Below, piece after piece: positions 1-10,600 of a stretch of 64,000 bases of DNA; position 1 is the first letter of the stretch; each line of letters starts with the position of its first letter. A program made the position numbers and the translations under genes. The DNA is from Candidatus Dojkabacteria bacterium (GTDB lineage: Bacteria > Patescibacteriota > Dojkabacteria > SC72): NCBI GenBank assembly GCA_035271645.1, contig DATERJ010000018.1:17399-81398 (forward strand), written 5' to 3'. The notes below the pieces were generated by a model. That model saw nothing but the letters and a program-made list of their open reading frames with translations. It was not told the origin of the DNA and ran no database searches.

Positions 1-1
1 T

Positions 2-1228
2 ACTGCATCAGCTAATCCTGGAGGAAGTATAACATGGACAACGAATGCTAATACTAAAGATGTTGACCAACATAATGTCACCCTCGTAGTTTGTAAATCA
101 AACTCCTTAGAAAGTAATGGGACATGTACAGCTGGAGATTGGTGTACAAGTTCACCAGCACTTTCGAACCCTTCATGTACATACAACATCCCAAGTGTAG
201 CAGCAGATGCAACTGGAATTAAGGGCTACGTATTTCTTATTGACATTCACAAAACACCACATTCAACAACCCCTACAGAAACAACCTTTGCAATTAACAA
301 TGTTGCTCCAACGGTAAGTAATGTAAAACTTAATAGTGAAGGAGCTATTACACTGACAACAAAGGCCATAAAAAATGTGCCTGTAACACTAACTGTTGAA
401 GATAATAACGGTTGTGCAACTACCGAGGTAACTTCAGTAGTTGCATATGTATACAGATCTGGTGTGGGGTCAACCAATTGTAATACTACTACACATCACA
501 ACACCAACTATTGCTACACTGCAATTGACTGTGACCAAGATATGGAATCATGTACGGGAGGTGCTTCTGCAACATACACATGCCAAGTACCTATGCAATA
601 CTATGCAGACCCAACTGTTGCAAACACTGTATTTGCAGGACAATATTGGATAGCAACTGTAACCGCGACAGATGATGATAATGCAACTGGTACAGCATCA
701 TCAACATCACAAGATGCCGTTGTAAATTCATTGCTTGCATTTGATGTTTCTGATGATCCAGTATCTATTGCTGCAGAAATTAATTATGGTTCATTAAGTA
801 TTGGACAGATAGCAGATGATGCAACACTCCCACAACGACTATATACAATCCCTACTGGTAATGTAGGGTTAGATCAAAAACATCACTCTGATGTGGGCTA
901 TATGTGTACTGACTTCAATGATACAGACCCTGATATACCTTGTGATGAGGGGACACCTATCCCAATAGCAAAACAACACTACGGTTTGGCAAATAATGTT
1001 GCCTATTCTGCAGGAACTGCACTTACAACTACTGCTGTAGAGGTTGAGCTTAATGTTCCAAAGATTAATGCAGGTACAATTACACACAAAAGTACATGGT
1101 GGGGTATTCAAATCCCATTTGGTATAATAGCTGGTACATATACTGGGCAGAATATTATAACTGCAGTAGTTGATGAAACCACTAATAGGTGGGGTTTACC
1201 AACAGGAGAAGCTTATGCTAAACCTTAA
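2..1228 (+). CDS. Cys-rich secreted surface protein, WxL-like C-terminus (5' truncated by window edge)
   Basis: Frame is open from position 2 (TASANPGGSITW...) into the 377..1228 ORF. Paralogous to 2691..4484 and to the C-terminus of 7642..12093 (DNNGC, AYVYRSG, QYYADPT, WWGIxIP...GxYxGxN). Confidence 0.75.
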   Translation, partial: TASANPGGSITWTTNANTKDVDQHNVTLVVCKSNSLESNGTCTAGDWCTSSPALSNPSCTYNIPSVAADATGIKGYVFLIDIHKTPHSTTPTETTFAINNVAPTVSNVKLNSEGAITLTTKAIKNVPVTLTVEDNNGCATTEVTSVVAYVYRSGVGSTNCNTTTHHNTNYCYTAIDCDQDMESCTGGASATYTCQVPMQYYADPTVANTVFAGQYWIATVTATDDDNATGTASSTSQDAVVNSLLAFDVSDDPVSIAAEINYGSLSIGQIADDATLPQRLYTIPTGNVGLDQKHHSDVGYMCTDFNDTDPDIPCDEGTPIPIAKQHYGLANNVAYSAGTALTTTAVEVELNVPKINAGTITHKSTWWGIQIPFGIIAGTYTGQNIITAVVDETTNRWGLPTGEAYAKP

Positions 1229-1276
1229 TTCTATATAACTAATTTATATTTAATTAATTAAACTTATATAAATAAA

Positions 1277-2626
1277 ATGAAGAACATCAAAAAAACAATA
1301 AAATCAGCACTACTTGCTGTCACACTACTACTTCTGAGCAGTGTAGTGGCACATGCTGGATTTGGTATATCACCAGCAGACTTCAATGTGGACTTCCTAA
1401 AGCCAGGTAGTACATATACAAAAACATATCTACTCTCAAGATCTGGAGATTTTGGAGAAATGAATATTGTGGTAGAACCAGACATGGGAATCGCAAATGA
1501 TTGGCTCTCATTTACACCAGGAAAATCCTTTATATTCAAGAAAGGTGCTAGAACCATGGAATTCAAAGTTACTGTAAATGTACCCATCTCAGCAGAATAC
1601 AAGGAATATCCAGGAACATTTACACTAAGAGCACTACCTTCAGATGCAGAGGTAAGAGGAGTCACAATTGCGCAGGGGTTAGAGTTAAATAGTGATATTA
1701 AGGTAACTGAAGAAGAAATCAAGAGCCTTGCAATACAAAACATCAGAGTTGAAGACACAGTTATTGGAACACCTATTGTTGTAAAATTAGTAGGAGATAA
1801 CAAGGGTAATGTCGATACTACCCCTACTCTTAAAATTGTAATTATGGACCTGCAAGACAAGGTTTTAGAAGAGCATGATATTGCAGACCTAGCAACTATT
1901 GAGGCAGGTGTAACAAAAGAGGTCTCTGCAGAGTTTGGTACTTCCTTAGAGAAAGGAGAGTACTATGCAGAAGTTGAAGTTTTTCTAGATGGTAAAGCAT
2001 TAAGAAAAGAAAAAATGGTCTTTAATATGGTTGAAGAGAAAGTTGTTACAAAAGCAGGAACAGAAGATACAGATAAGAGCAGTATTACAACATTCCTAGA
2101 AGATAACAAAGATTATCTATGGATTGTTGCACTAGCTGCACTAATCGGACTATTAGTTCTTGTCCTAATTAGTGTATTCTGGAAAGGAAGAGATAGAGAG
2201 GGGAAATCAACTGATGATCCACTATCAGTAGCAGGTGGAAGCAAGAGCTCTACAAGAGTTACGCTTTCATTGGCCTTCGGATTACTAGCTACCTTGGCAA
2301 TAATTACAAATATCTCATCGAATATTGAAGTTAAGGAAGCTATCATGCCAGATAGACAAGCAGAAGTACAAGGAACAACAGATACTATTATCAAGCCCTC
2401 ACAACCTATGTTAACTGTTGTTGAGAGTGTTGTTAGAAATAAGGAAGGATATCCTGTATATGACAGAGCTGATGAAACATCCAATGTTATCTACGAAGCA
2501 AAGGAAAATGAGCAGTTAGAGGTTGTTAGAGAATCAGGTGATTGGTATCAGGTTAAGCTTCCAACTGGTGCTATGGGTTGGGTTTCTAAATCTATTGTAA
2601 AATCTGAAACAACAAGGGAGAGGTAG
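1277..2626 (+). CDS. Secreted/membrane protein: DUF916/WxL-interacting-like Ig domains, two TM helices, C-terminal SH3b
   Basis: Signal peptide (VAHA), FGISPA...LKPGSTYT N-terminal motif, two hydrophobic segments, SH3b-like C-terminus (GDWYQVKLPTGAMGWVSK). Confidence 0.6.
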   Translation: MKNIKKTIKSALLAVTLLLLSSVVAHAGFGISPADFNVDFLKPGSTYTKTYLLSRSGDFGEMNIVVEPDMGIANDWLSFTPGKSFIFKKGARTMEFKVTVNVPISAEYKEYPGTFTLRALPSDAEVRGVTIAQGLELNSDIKVTEEEIKSLAIQNIRVEDTVIGTPIVVKLVGDNKGNVDTTPTLKIVIMDLQDKVLEEHDIADLATIEAGVTKEVSAEFGTSLEKGEYYAEVEVFLDGKALRKEKMVFNMVEEKVVTKAGTEDTDKSSITTFLEDNKDYLWIVALAALIGLLVLVLISVFWKGRDREGKSTDDPLSVAGGSKSSTRVTLSLAFGLLATLAIITNISSNIEVKEAIMPDRQAEVQGTTDTIIKPSQPMLTVVESVVRNKEGYPVYDRADETSNVIYEAKENEQLEVVRESGDWYQVKLPTGAMGWVSKSIVKSETTRER

Positions 2627-2642
2627 TCTTCGGACTACTTTT
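2621..2642 (+). terminator. Intrinsic terminator
   Basis: GTAGTC-TTCG-GACTAC followed by TTTT at the gene end (cUUCGg tetraloop). Confidence 0.75.
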
Positions 2643-2690
2643 CCTTAACTAAGGAATAACATTATTTAACATGTACTATATAGAAACCCT

Positions 2691-4484
2691 ATGAAGTATA
2701 AAAAACATATAGCATGGGGACTTGCAATACTGATTCTTGTTGCATCTTCCTTTGCATTAATTAAAAGATTTAATACACATGCACAGACAGGTGTTACTAA
2801 GACATTTACAACCAAGGTAACTGTTGGTAATAGTGCACCTGTGTTTACAGTTGACCCTGCAGAGTCTCCAGCATCTTCGACAACAAGCCCTACTGCACCA
2901 AATACACTAATGACTTTCTCTGCTAAAGCAACAGATGCAAACAATCACGGCTACTACTTCCTTGTATGTAGTATCGTAGATACAGCAAACCCTGACAACG
3001 ACAGAGCAGTTGCAAGCCCTACTGGTGGAGCACCAAGCTGTCCAGCCACTTCAACAAAATATTGTGGAACTACCAGTGCAGTAGCGAGTGGTTCTACAGC
3101 TAGCTGTACCCGTACAACTGAGTCATCAGATCCATATGAAAACAAGTGGAATGCCTATGTCTGTGATAACTTTGCTTCAGGTTCATCGTGTTCGTTACCT
3201 AATCGAGGTAGTGGAGCTTCTGGTTCACCTTTCTATGTAAACCATGCTCCTACTTTTACAGCAATTAGCAATACTGCCAGTACAGTTGAAGATGCACAAA
3301 CACCAGGTAATAGCTACACTGTTACTTGGACAAGTACTGCCTCCGACCCAACAGATGGACACCAAGTAAAACTCCTTATCTGTAAAACTCAACAGATGTC
3401 TAATGGAGTATGTACAGGTGGAAATTGGTGTGAGAGTACACTTGCGAATTCAGATCCAACTTGCACATATACATTACCCGCAGTACCAGTTGCAGATGGG
3501 GAATACGAAGCCTATGCATACGTAGTAGATGCACATAATACACCTGCTGCGGGGGAAGGTACTAAACAAGGAAGTAAAAGTAGTTATTATGTTAAGAACG
3601 TAGCCCCTGTGGTTAGTGCTGTTAAATTGAATGCCGAAGCTTCCCCTATCACACTAGTAGCAGGTGGAACAAAGTCTGTATCCATAACGGCAGATGTTAC
3701 TGATGATAATGGTTGTTCAGCTACAGAGCTCCCTGTCACCAAAATAAAGGCATATGTTTACAGATCAGGACTTGCTAATGGGTTTAGTGATTGTGATGCA
3801 TTAGGAGATGGCAATGCCAATTACTGCTACGCTGAAATCTCATGTACTCGTGGTACATGCTCTGGAACAAAAGTACCCATCACATGTAGTGTCTCCATGC
3901 AATACTATGCTGACCCTACTGACTCAAATAATGCTGCCACCAGTTTCGCAAGTCAACATTGGGTAGCAACAGTTAAAGCAACAGACAACGGTTTCGGTAC
4001 AGGTGGAACAAACCCATTATCTCATAATGCAACCTCTACAGCAGTTGTTGAAGTTGCTTCACTAGCTGCATTCAATATTACAGCATCAATAGACTATGAC
4101 GAAGTTGCTGCAGGAGAAAGAAGTGGTAACGGCAAACTAGACAAAACAATCGTAACAACACCAACAGGTAATGTTCCAATGAATCAGTTATACTCTGGTT
4201 CAAATATGTGTACTGACTACGATGATTGTTCTACTGATGCTGGTTACACTCCTATAAATGTAAACAAACAAAAATATGCACTAGCTGCAAATACAAGCTA
4301 TGCAACAGGTGGTACAGCTCTCTCAGCAACTCCTACCCTTGTAAATATCAATGTTCCAAAAGTTACTGATGGTACGAATGTAACAACAAGAACATCATGG
4401 TGGGGTATTGAGATTCCAACTAATACACTACCAGGGGTATACAACGGTCTTAACACTATTACATCACAAGTTAAGACAACATAA
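2691..4484 (+). CDS. Cys-rich secreted surface protein, WxL-like C-terminus
   Basis: N-terminal signal/TM segment, Thr/Cys-rich beta domains, C-terminal SWWGIEIPTNTLPGVYNGLNTITS. Confidence 0.75.
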   Translation: MKYKKHIAWGLAILILVASSFALIKRFNTHAQTGVTKTFTTKVTVGNSAPVFTVDPAESPASSTTSPTAPNTLMTFSAKATDANNHGYYFLVCSIVDTANPDNDRAVASPTGGAPSCPATSTKYCGTTSAVASGSTASCTRTTESSDPYENKWNAYVCDNFASGSSCSLPNRGSGASGSPFYVNHAPTFTAISNTASTVEDAQTPGNSYTVTWTSTASDPTDGHQVKLLICKTQQMSNGVCTGGNWCESTLANSDPTCTYTLPAVPVADGEYEAYAYVVDAHNTPAAGEGTKQGSKSSYYVKNVAPVVSAVKLNAEASPITLVAGGTKSVSITADVTDDNGCSATELPVTKIKAYVYRSGLANGFSDCDALGDGNANYCYAEISCTRGTCSGTKVPITCSVSMQYYADPTDSNNAATSFASQHWVATVKATDNGFGTGGTNPLSHNATSTAVVEVASLAAFNITASIDYDEVAAGERSGNGKLDKTIVTTPTGNVPMNQLYSGSNMCTDYDDCSTDAGYTPINVNKQKYALAANTSYATGGTALSATPTLVNINVPKVTDGTNVTTRTSWWGIEIPTNTLPGVYNGLNTITSQVKTT

Positions 4485-4502
4485 CACAATAGTAAAAGTG
4501 GA

Positions 4503-5576
4503 TTAAAACGAAAGTCTTGGTTCTCTATCTATATTCAAAATATCAGATGGAGTATCCAAGACTTTTTTGTTTAGGATAGAATAGTAAGCAGCAACACCTA
4601 CCATACCTGCATTATCACCCCTAAACTCCTTCTCAGGATACACATATACCAAATCATTCTTTCTAGCAACCTGACCTACCTTCCTCAAAATCTCCTCGCT
4701 ATTAAACACACCTCCACCTACAAACAAACTCTTTACCTCTGGATACTTCTCAATTGCCTTCTCAAGCTTAATAACCAAAGATTCAATAATCATATCAAGA
4801 AAACCCCTACAAAAATCATAAACCCATTCACTATCCTTTTCATACTCCTCTCTTAACTCCTTTGTCTTGTACAAAGCAGCTGTCTTTACACCAGAATAGC
4901 TAAAATTAAGATCGTTAGAATGCTTCATAGGGATTGTAAAAGTAATCTTACCCCTCTTTCCCTTCTTAGCAAACTCTGTAAGAGTAGGACCACCTGGATA
5001 ACCAAAGTTAAGCATCCTCCCCACCTTATCAAACGCCTCACCTACTGCATCATCCAATGTCTCACCTAACTTCATATACTTTCCAATCTTTTCCACATAT
5101 ATCAACTCCGTATGCTTTCCTGAAATCAGTAAACCTAAAGCAGGAAAAAGAGATTCAACATTACTCTTCACCAAACCATTACCATTAGAATTCAAAAGTA
5201 AACCAGAAAGAAGATGACCTTCCATATGATTAACCAGAACAAATGGTTTCTTGTACTTAATTGCTAAATCTTGTGCAAACTTCAAACCAACCTCTAAATC
5301 TATAGCCAAACCCGGACCATATGTACAAGCAATGTAATCCACATCCTCAATACTAACCTTAGCCTTCCTCAATGCTTCATCATATACCAAAGGTATATTC
5401 TTCTCATGTTCCCTACGAGCAATATCAGGCACAACACCACCCCACTGAGCATGAATCTCAACCTGAGAAGAAACAACAGAACTAAGTACCCTACGACCGT
5501 TCAAAAGGGCCACAGAAGTATCATCACAACTAGTATCAAATGCAATTATCAAAGGATCTTTACTCATATACCTCAA
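4503..5576 (-). CDS. tsaD: tRNA N6-adenosine threonylcarbamoyltransferase TsaD
   Basis: DTSCDDT, GGVVPDIA, NHMEGH, DDAVGEAFDK, FSYSGVKT, DNAGM motifs. Confidence 0.95.
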   Translation of the reverse strand: MRYMSKDPLIIAFDTSCDDTSVALLNGRRVLSSVVSSQVEIHAQWGGVVPDIARREHEKNIPLVYDEALRKAKVSIEDVDYIACTYGPGLAIDLEVGLKFAQDLAIKYKKPFVLVNHMEGHLLSGLLLNSNGNGLVKSNVESLFPALGLLISGKHTELIYVEKIGKYMKLGETLDDAVGEAFDKVGRMLNFGYPGGPTLTEFAKKGKRGKITFTIPMKHSNDLNFSYSGVKTAALYKTKELREEYEKDSEWVYDFCRGFLDMIIESLVIKLEKAIEKYPEVKSLFVGGGVFNSEEILRKVGQVARKNDLVYVYPEKEFRGDNAGMVGVAAYYSILNKKVLDTPSDILNIDREPRLSF

Positions 5577-6648
5577 TACTCCTTTCCTCCAAAGAAATGT
5601 ATTTAATCACAACCTTAAACATCCTTATACCCATATTATCACACAAAGCGGAAATCTCTTGAAAAAACTTATCCGCCCACTCTATCAGCACAATATCACC
5701 ATTCTCCAAATGCTCTATCAATCCAGATTTCTCTAACTCACCCTCCTCTAACCTCCAAGTATCCATATGTGCAAAGACCTTCTTCTTACCACCTCTCACA
5801 TACCCATACTCATTGATTAACGTATATGTAGGAGAATTTACAATCTCACTAACACCAAGAGACTCTCCAACACCCTTAGCAAACTGTGTCTTACCTGCAC
5901 CAAGTTCTCCGCTTAATGCAACAACAGTAGGAATATCTAAAGGAAGATACTTATCTGCGAAATCCTTAGCAAATTTAATTGTCTCTTCTTCACTCTTTGT
6001 CTCTACTTCTAATATCTTCTTGTTTTTAATCAATGCATCCTCAAACTCAACCTTACCCTGTCTTAATACTGAGAGTTCATTTAATGTAGTATCAAGAACT
6101 GTAGATGGTTGATTCTTAGGTAACTCACCTGCATCTAAAAAGAGACCTATCAAATCAAAACTTTTCTTAGGTAAATCTTTAATTAACTGATTAATACTAT
6201 ATGGTGCTGACCTATATGACATATTTGCTGACGTAGCAGTAATTGGCTTACCAAACTTTTTAATTAACTCTAATGTAAAATCATAGTCAGGATATCTAAT
6301 ACCCACAGCTCCTTGTTGAGAAACTACTGGTGGCAAAAGATTACCTTTACTCATTGATATTACTGTAATTGGTCCTGGTAGATAGTTTTTGTAAAGATTC
6401 TCAGCCATCTCATTAATCTCTACATATTCTTCAGCCATCTCTTTATCTGATACTGCAATAGATATCGGTTTAGAACCTCTTAATTTCTTGTATTCCATAA
6501 TCTTCTTTAATGCCTCTGAGTTAGTAGCATCACCTCCTAATCCATAACATGTCTCCGTTGGATATACAATTAACCCACCATCTTTTAAGACTTCAATGGC
6601 TTGTTTAATTGCTTCCTCTTTATTTTTAATTACATCTATTCTTTTCAT
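5560..6648 (-). CDS. tsaC-tsaE: Fusion of threonylcarbamoyl-AMP synthase TsaC (YrdC/Sua5 N-domain) and ATPase TsaE
   Basis: N-terminal YPTETCYGL, TSAN and PSTVLD; C-terminal GELGAGKT, VNSPTY, HMDTWR and IEWA. ATG at 6648 preferred over TTG at 6669. Confidence 0.9.
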   Translation of the reverse strand: MKRIDVIKNKEEAIKQAIEVLKDGGLIVYPTETCYGLGGDATNSEALKKIMEYKKLRGSKPISIAVSDKEMAEEYVEINEMAENLYKNYLPGPITVISMSKGNLLPPVVSQQGAVGIRYPDYDFTLELIKKFGKPITATSANMSYRSAPYSINQLIKDLPKKSFDLIGLFLDAGELPKNQPSTVLDTTLNELSVLRQGKVEFEDALIKNKKILEVETKSEEETIKFAKDFADKYLPLDIPTVVALSGELGAGKTQFAKGVGESLGVSEIVNSPTYTLINEYGYVRGGKKKVFAHMDTWRLEEGELEKSGLIEHLENGDIVLIEWADKFFQEISALCDNMGIRMFKVVIKYISLEERSIEVYE

Positions 6649-6715
6649 GGTATAATGGATATTATACAAGGGATATGGCTATATATCCATATTTTTACAT
6701 TATTACAAAACTGCT

Positions 6716-7177
6716 ATGATAGAGAATTATGAGAAAAACAGTATAGATATTGAGACTGTTTTACCTAGTAGAACAGTCTACAGTAACAATGGAATCGATT
6801 ATACTGTATATACAGAAGACCTTTCTCCTAAGGCAACAGACAGAGCTTTTGGGTATACCAACCCTTTAAATGAGGAAGAAATATTTTTGTTTCAGATAAT
6901 GGTAGAGGGTAATGAATATGCACCTAGCAATATTAAACTTCTAATGGAATTACCTCTTGAAGATGATGATTTTGTAAGATATCTGATTGATAAAGGGGAG
7001 AATCTTAAGTTAGTAGTAGAAGAAGATAGAAAGAAAGGAGAGTTAAGAAATTGGAGAAGTGTTTTTGAAGTTGATGGAGACAGATTTACACTAACCTATA
7101 TGGAAGATACAAAAGATGAGGGGGTAAGTCTCCACGACAACTATTTGAAAAGGATTGAGAACAGAAAAAGTAACTAA
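6716..7177 (+). CDS. Hypothetical protein
   Basis: 153-aa acidic ORF with typical codon use, divergent from tsaCE. Confidence 0.6.
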   Translation: MIENYEKNSIDIETVLPSRTVYSNNGIDYTVYTEDLSPKATDRAFGYTNPLNEEEIFLFQIMVEGNEYAPSNIKLLMELPLEDDDFVRYLIDKGENLKLVVEEDRKKGELRNWRSVFEVDGDRFTLTYMEDTKDEGVSLHDNYLKRIENRKSN

Positions 7178-7194
7178 ATTGTTATTTTACCCAT

Positions 7195-7515
7195 ATGGAA
7201 ACATTACATTTAACACAAGATACATTCCAGAAAGAGATTAAAGAGTTTGAAGGAGTTGCTTTAGTCGACTTCTGGGCTCCTTGGTGTGGTCCTTGTCAGA
7301 TATTAGGTCCTGTCATTGAAGAACTCACTAAAGAATTTGAAGATGGTGTAAAGATATGTAAAGTAAATGTGGATGAGGAAGGATCATTGGCACAGGAATA
7401 TGAGATTATGAGTATTCCAACAGTATATATTTTCAAAAATGGAGAGATAGTAGATACATTGATTGGTCTACAAAGCAAAGATGCGTACAAAGAAGCTATA
7501 GAGAAATATCTTTAG
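7195..7515 (+). CDS. trxA: Thioredoxin
   Basis: VDFWAPWCGPC active site, IPT motif, 106 aa. Confidence 0.95.
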   Translation: METLHLTQDTFQKEIKEFEGVALVDFWAPWCGPCQILGPVIEELTKEFEDGVKICKVNVDEEGSLAQEYEIMSIPTVYIFKNGEIVDTLIGLQSKDAYKEAIEKYL

Positions 7516-7641
7516 AGAAACTCTAACCCAATGAAACTAATAGCTGTTCCTTACCAAGGAGAAGGCTGTTTAGTGTTGTTTCTATTGTGAAAAACGTATA
7601 TATTATAGTAACGATGGATTCCTATGGATTAATGTAACTGA

Positions 7642-10600
7642 ATGATTAAGAAAAATAATAGAAAAAAGTTCTTGTTAAGTACTGCTAGTCTTTTTTTGGC
7701 TTTGGGATTGATTTTCTCCGCTGTACAGGATAGTAAGAGAATGGATGATGGAAATAAGAATATCGTTAGCATTAGTGAAGAAGGAGAGGTAAAAGGGGGA
7801 GAGATAATGGCAAACTGTTCATACTACCCATTATGTGATTTTCCAGCAGGACCAGGGGGATGTTATCAAGCAGGTGGATCTTGTGGACCAGGAGAATTCT
7901 CCTGCCCTACAAATCAAAGTGTTTGTTGTGACAGAGGTAGTTGTGGTTCATGTAATCCTTGTACGGGTGTTTATCAAAGTAGTAATAATGGGTGTCCCTC
8001 TACTAGTAAGTCCTGTACCAGATATGACTGTCGTGGGAGTTGCGGCACAACCACTCTCACATGTTATCTCATTCAATACTCCATCAGCTATTCTGCAGGA
8101 AATGGAGGCTCTATCTCAGGGGCAACTAATCAATCCGTGTGTTACAATCAGAGTGGATCACAGGTTACTGCTGTTGCAAATAGTGGATATACCTTCTCCC
8201 AATGGAGTGATGGGAATACATCACCATCGAGAAGTGATGTGGCTACAGGGAATAAAAGTTTTACTGCCAGTTTTACTCAAAGCCCCAACAATCCACCAAC
8301 CACACCTACATCACTACTAACTAATGGACAAACCAATCCTACAAATGTAGATACAGCCACCCCATACTTTAGTGCGATATTTAATGACCCTGATAGTGGA
8401 GATACAGGTGTACACTATCAAATTCAAGTAAATACGAACTCCTCTTTTACTGGGACAACGATGTGGGATAGTGGAAAAACCGCTATGACCTCTACAGCCA
8501 ATGGTTCTAGGAGTCCCAATATTACATACGCAGGTACCAACCTCCCTTTAGATGGAACTATGTACTACTGGAGAATAAAGTTTTGGGATAATAATGGAGC
8601 TGATAGTCCTTGGTCTGCTACTGCACAATTTACTATGCGTTACACAATACCAGCTCCTTCTGGTCTTCTTACTAATGGGCAAACTAATCCAACAGGAGTA
8701 ACTACGCCATACCCATATTTTAGTGCAATATATAATAACTACTCAGGAAGAGGTAATGCTACACATGCACACCTACAAGTTTACTTAGGTAGTGTCCTTC
8801 CAGAAAACCAAGTTTGGAACTTCAATGATGCAATACCCAATGTAGCACCGGGGAACAGAAGTTCAAATATTACATACGGAGGAGATCCACTACCACAAAA
8901 TGGCGCTACATATATTTGGAGAATTAGATTCTGGGATGGGGTGGCCTACTATAGTGAGTGGCAACATGGACAATTCACCATGAATAGTGGAAGTAGTCCT
9001 ACTGCTCCTACTGGCCTTCTAACTAATGGACAAACTAATCCTGTAGGTGTAACTACACCACAACCATACTTTAGTGCAATATTTAATGATCCTAATAGTG
9101 GAGATACTGCTGTGTATTATCAAATCTTTGTTGTTTATTATGATGGTTTTACTTATCAAACTCAATGGGATAGTGGGAAAACTGCTATGACCCCCACCCC
9201 CGTTGGCTCAAGGAGTCCCAATATCACATACAATGGACCAACATTACAAGCAGGTAGAGAATATAACTGGCAAATAAAATTCTGGGATAATTCTGGATTA
9301 GAAGGTGTTTTCTCTAACATTTCTTCAAATCGTTTTACTATGAACACCCCACCTACCGCTCCAACAGCACCATTAACAAATGGGATGACAAACCCAACAG
9401 ATGTAGCCTCCACACCCTACTTTAGTGCTATATTTAACGATGCTGATAGTACAGATACAGGTGTATATTATCAAATCCAAGTCAACACTAATTCCTCCTT
9501 CTCGGGAACAACTATGTGGGATAGTGGAAAAACCGCCATGACAGCCACAAACCCTAGTTCTAGAAGTCCCAATATTAACTATGCTGGGAATACCCTCTCA
9601 TACAATGGAACAACATACTATTGGAGAATTAGGTTCTGGGATAATCATGGGGTAGTTAGTCCCTACTCTTCTACTGCTCAATTCACTACAGTCATATCAG
9701 GCGCTGCGCCCACATCACTTCTAACCAATGGACAAACTAACCCGACAAATGTAGTACCTTCACCAGCACCATACTTTAGTGCAATATTTAATCACAGTAA
9801 TCCAAGTCGTAGAGCAGTACACTATCAGATTATAATGACAGTAAGTGGTATGCAAGTTTGGAATAGTGGAAAAACCTCTATGACCTCTACCGCCCCTGGT
9901 AGTAGATGTCCTAATATTACATACAATGGCTCTCATACCTTAGACCATAATGGAAATGTATACAAATGGACAATTGTCTTCTGGGATGACCTAGGGGTGC
10001 AGACTGCAACCTCAGCAGAAGCACAGTTTACTATGAACAGACGCCCTACTCCACCTACTGGACTACTGACAGAGGGACAAACAAATCCCTCAGGTGTTAC
10101 CGATACAACACCTGAATTTAGTGCGATATATAACAATCCTACTGGAACACCTGCTGTATACTACCAAATTCAAGTAAACGAAAAAGCTAACTTTACTGGT
10201 ACTATGAAATGGGATAGTGGGAAAACTTCAATGGCTTCATTAAGTAATGGCTCAAGAAGCCCAGATATTGAGTATGCTGGTTCTACTCTTACTCAGAATG
10301 GACAAACCTACTTCTGGAAGATTAGATTCTGGGATAATCTGGGAGGTGATGGTGAGTGGTCAGCTGTAAACTACTTCACTATGCACAATAATGCATATAC
10401 CTTTACAATCAGCTCAGAGGGGACACAGGTCAATCCCGTAACAATGGATCGAATAGAGGGAGGTGATGAATTATATATGGGAGGAGTATTTAGTTTTACG
10501 GTGTATAATATTAATCCTGCATTCTCACAGCCGGGAATAACTAGTATTACATTACAAAGAACTTGGACCTCTGGGAGTGGAGATATTGACAGAGCTATTC

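Noticed and set aside
2621-2642. Hairpins at 2.6, 61.8 and 62.5 kb as further sRNA units
   Set aside because: They lie in sense orientation after genes, have U-tails and no adjacent dedicated promoter, so they are ordinary terminators
8290-10383. DGR template/variable repeat or mobile repeat
   Set aside because: Repeats are in-frame protein domains, differences are not adenine-specific, and there is no reverse transcriptase in the window
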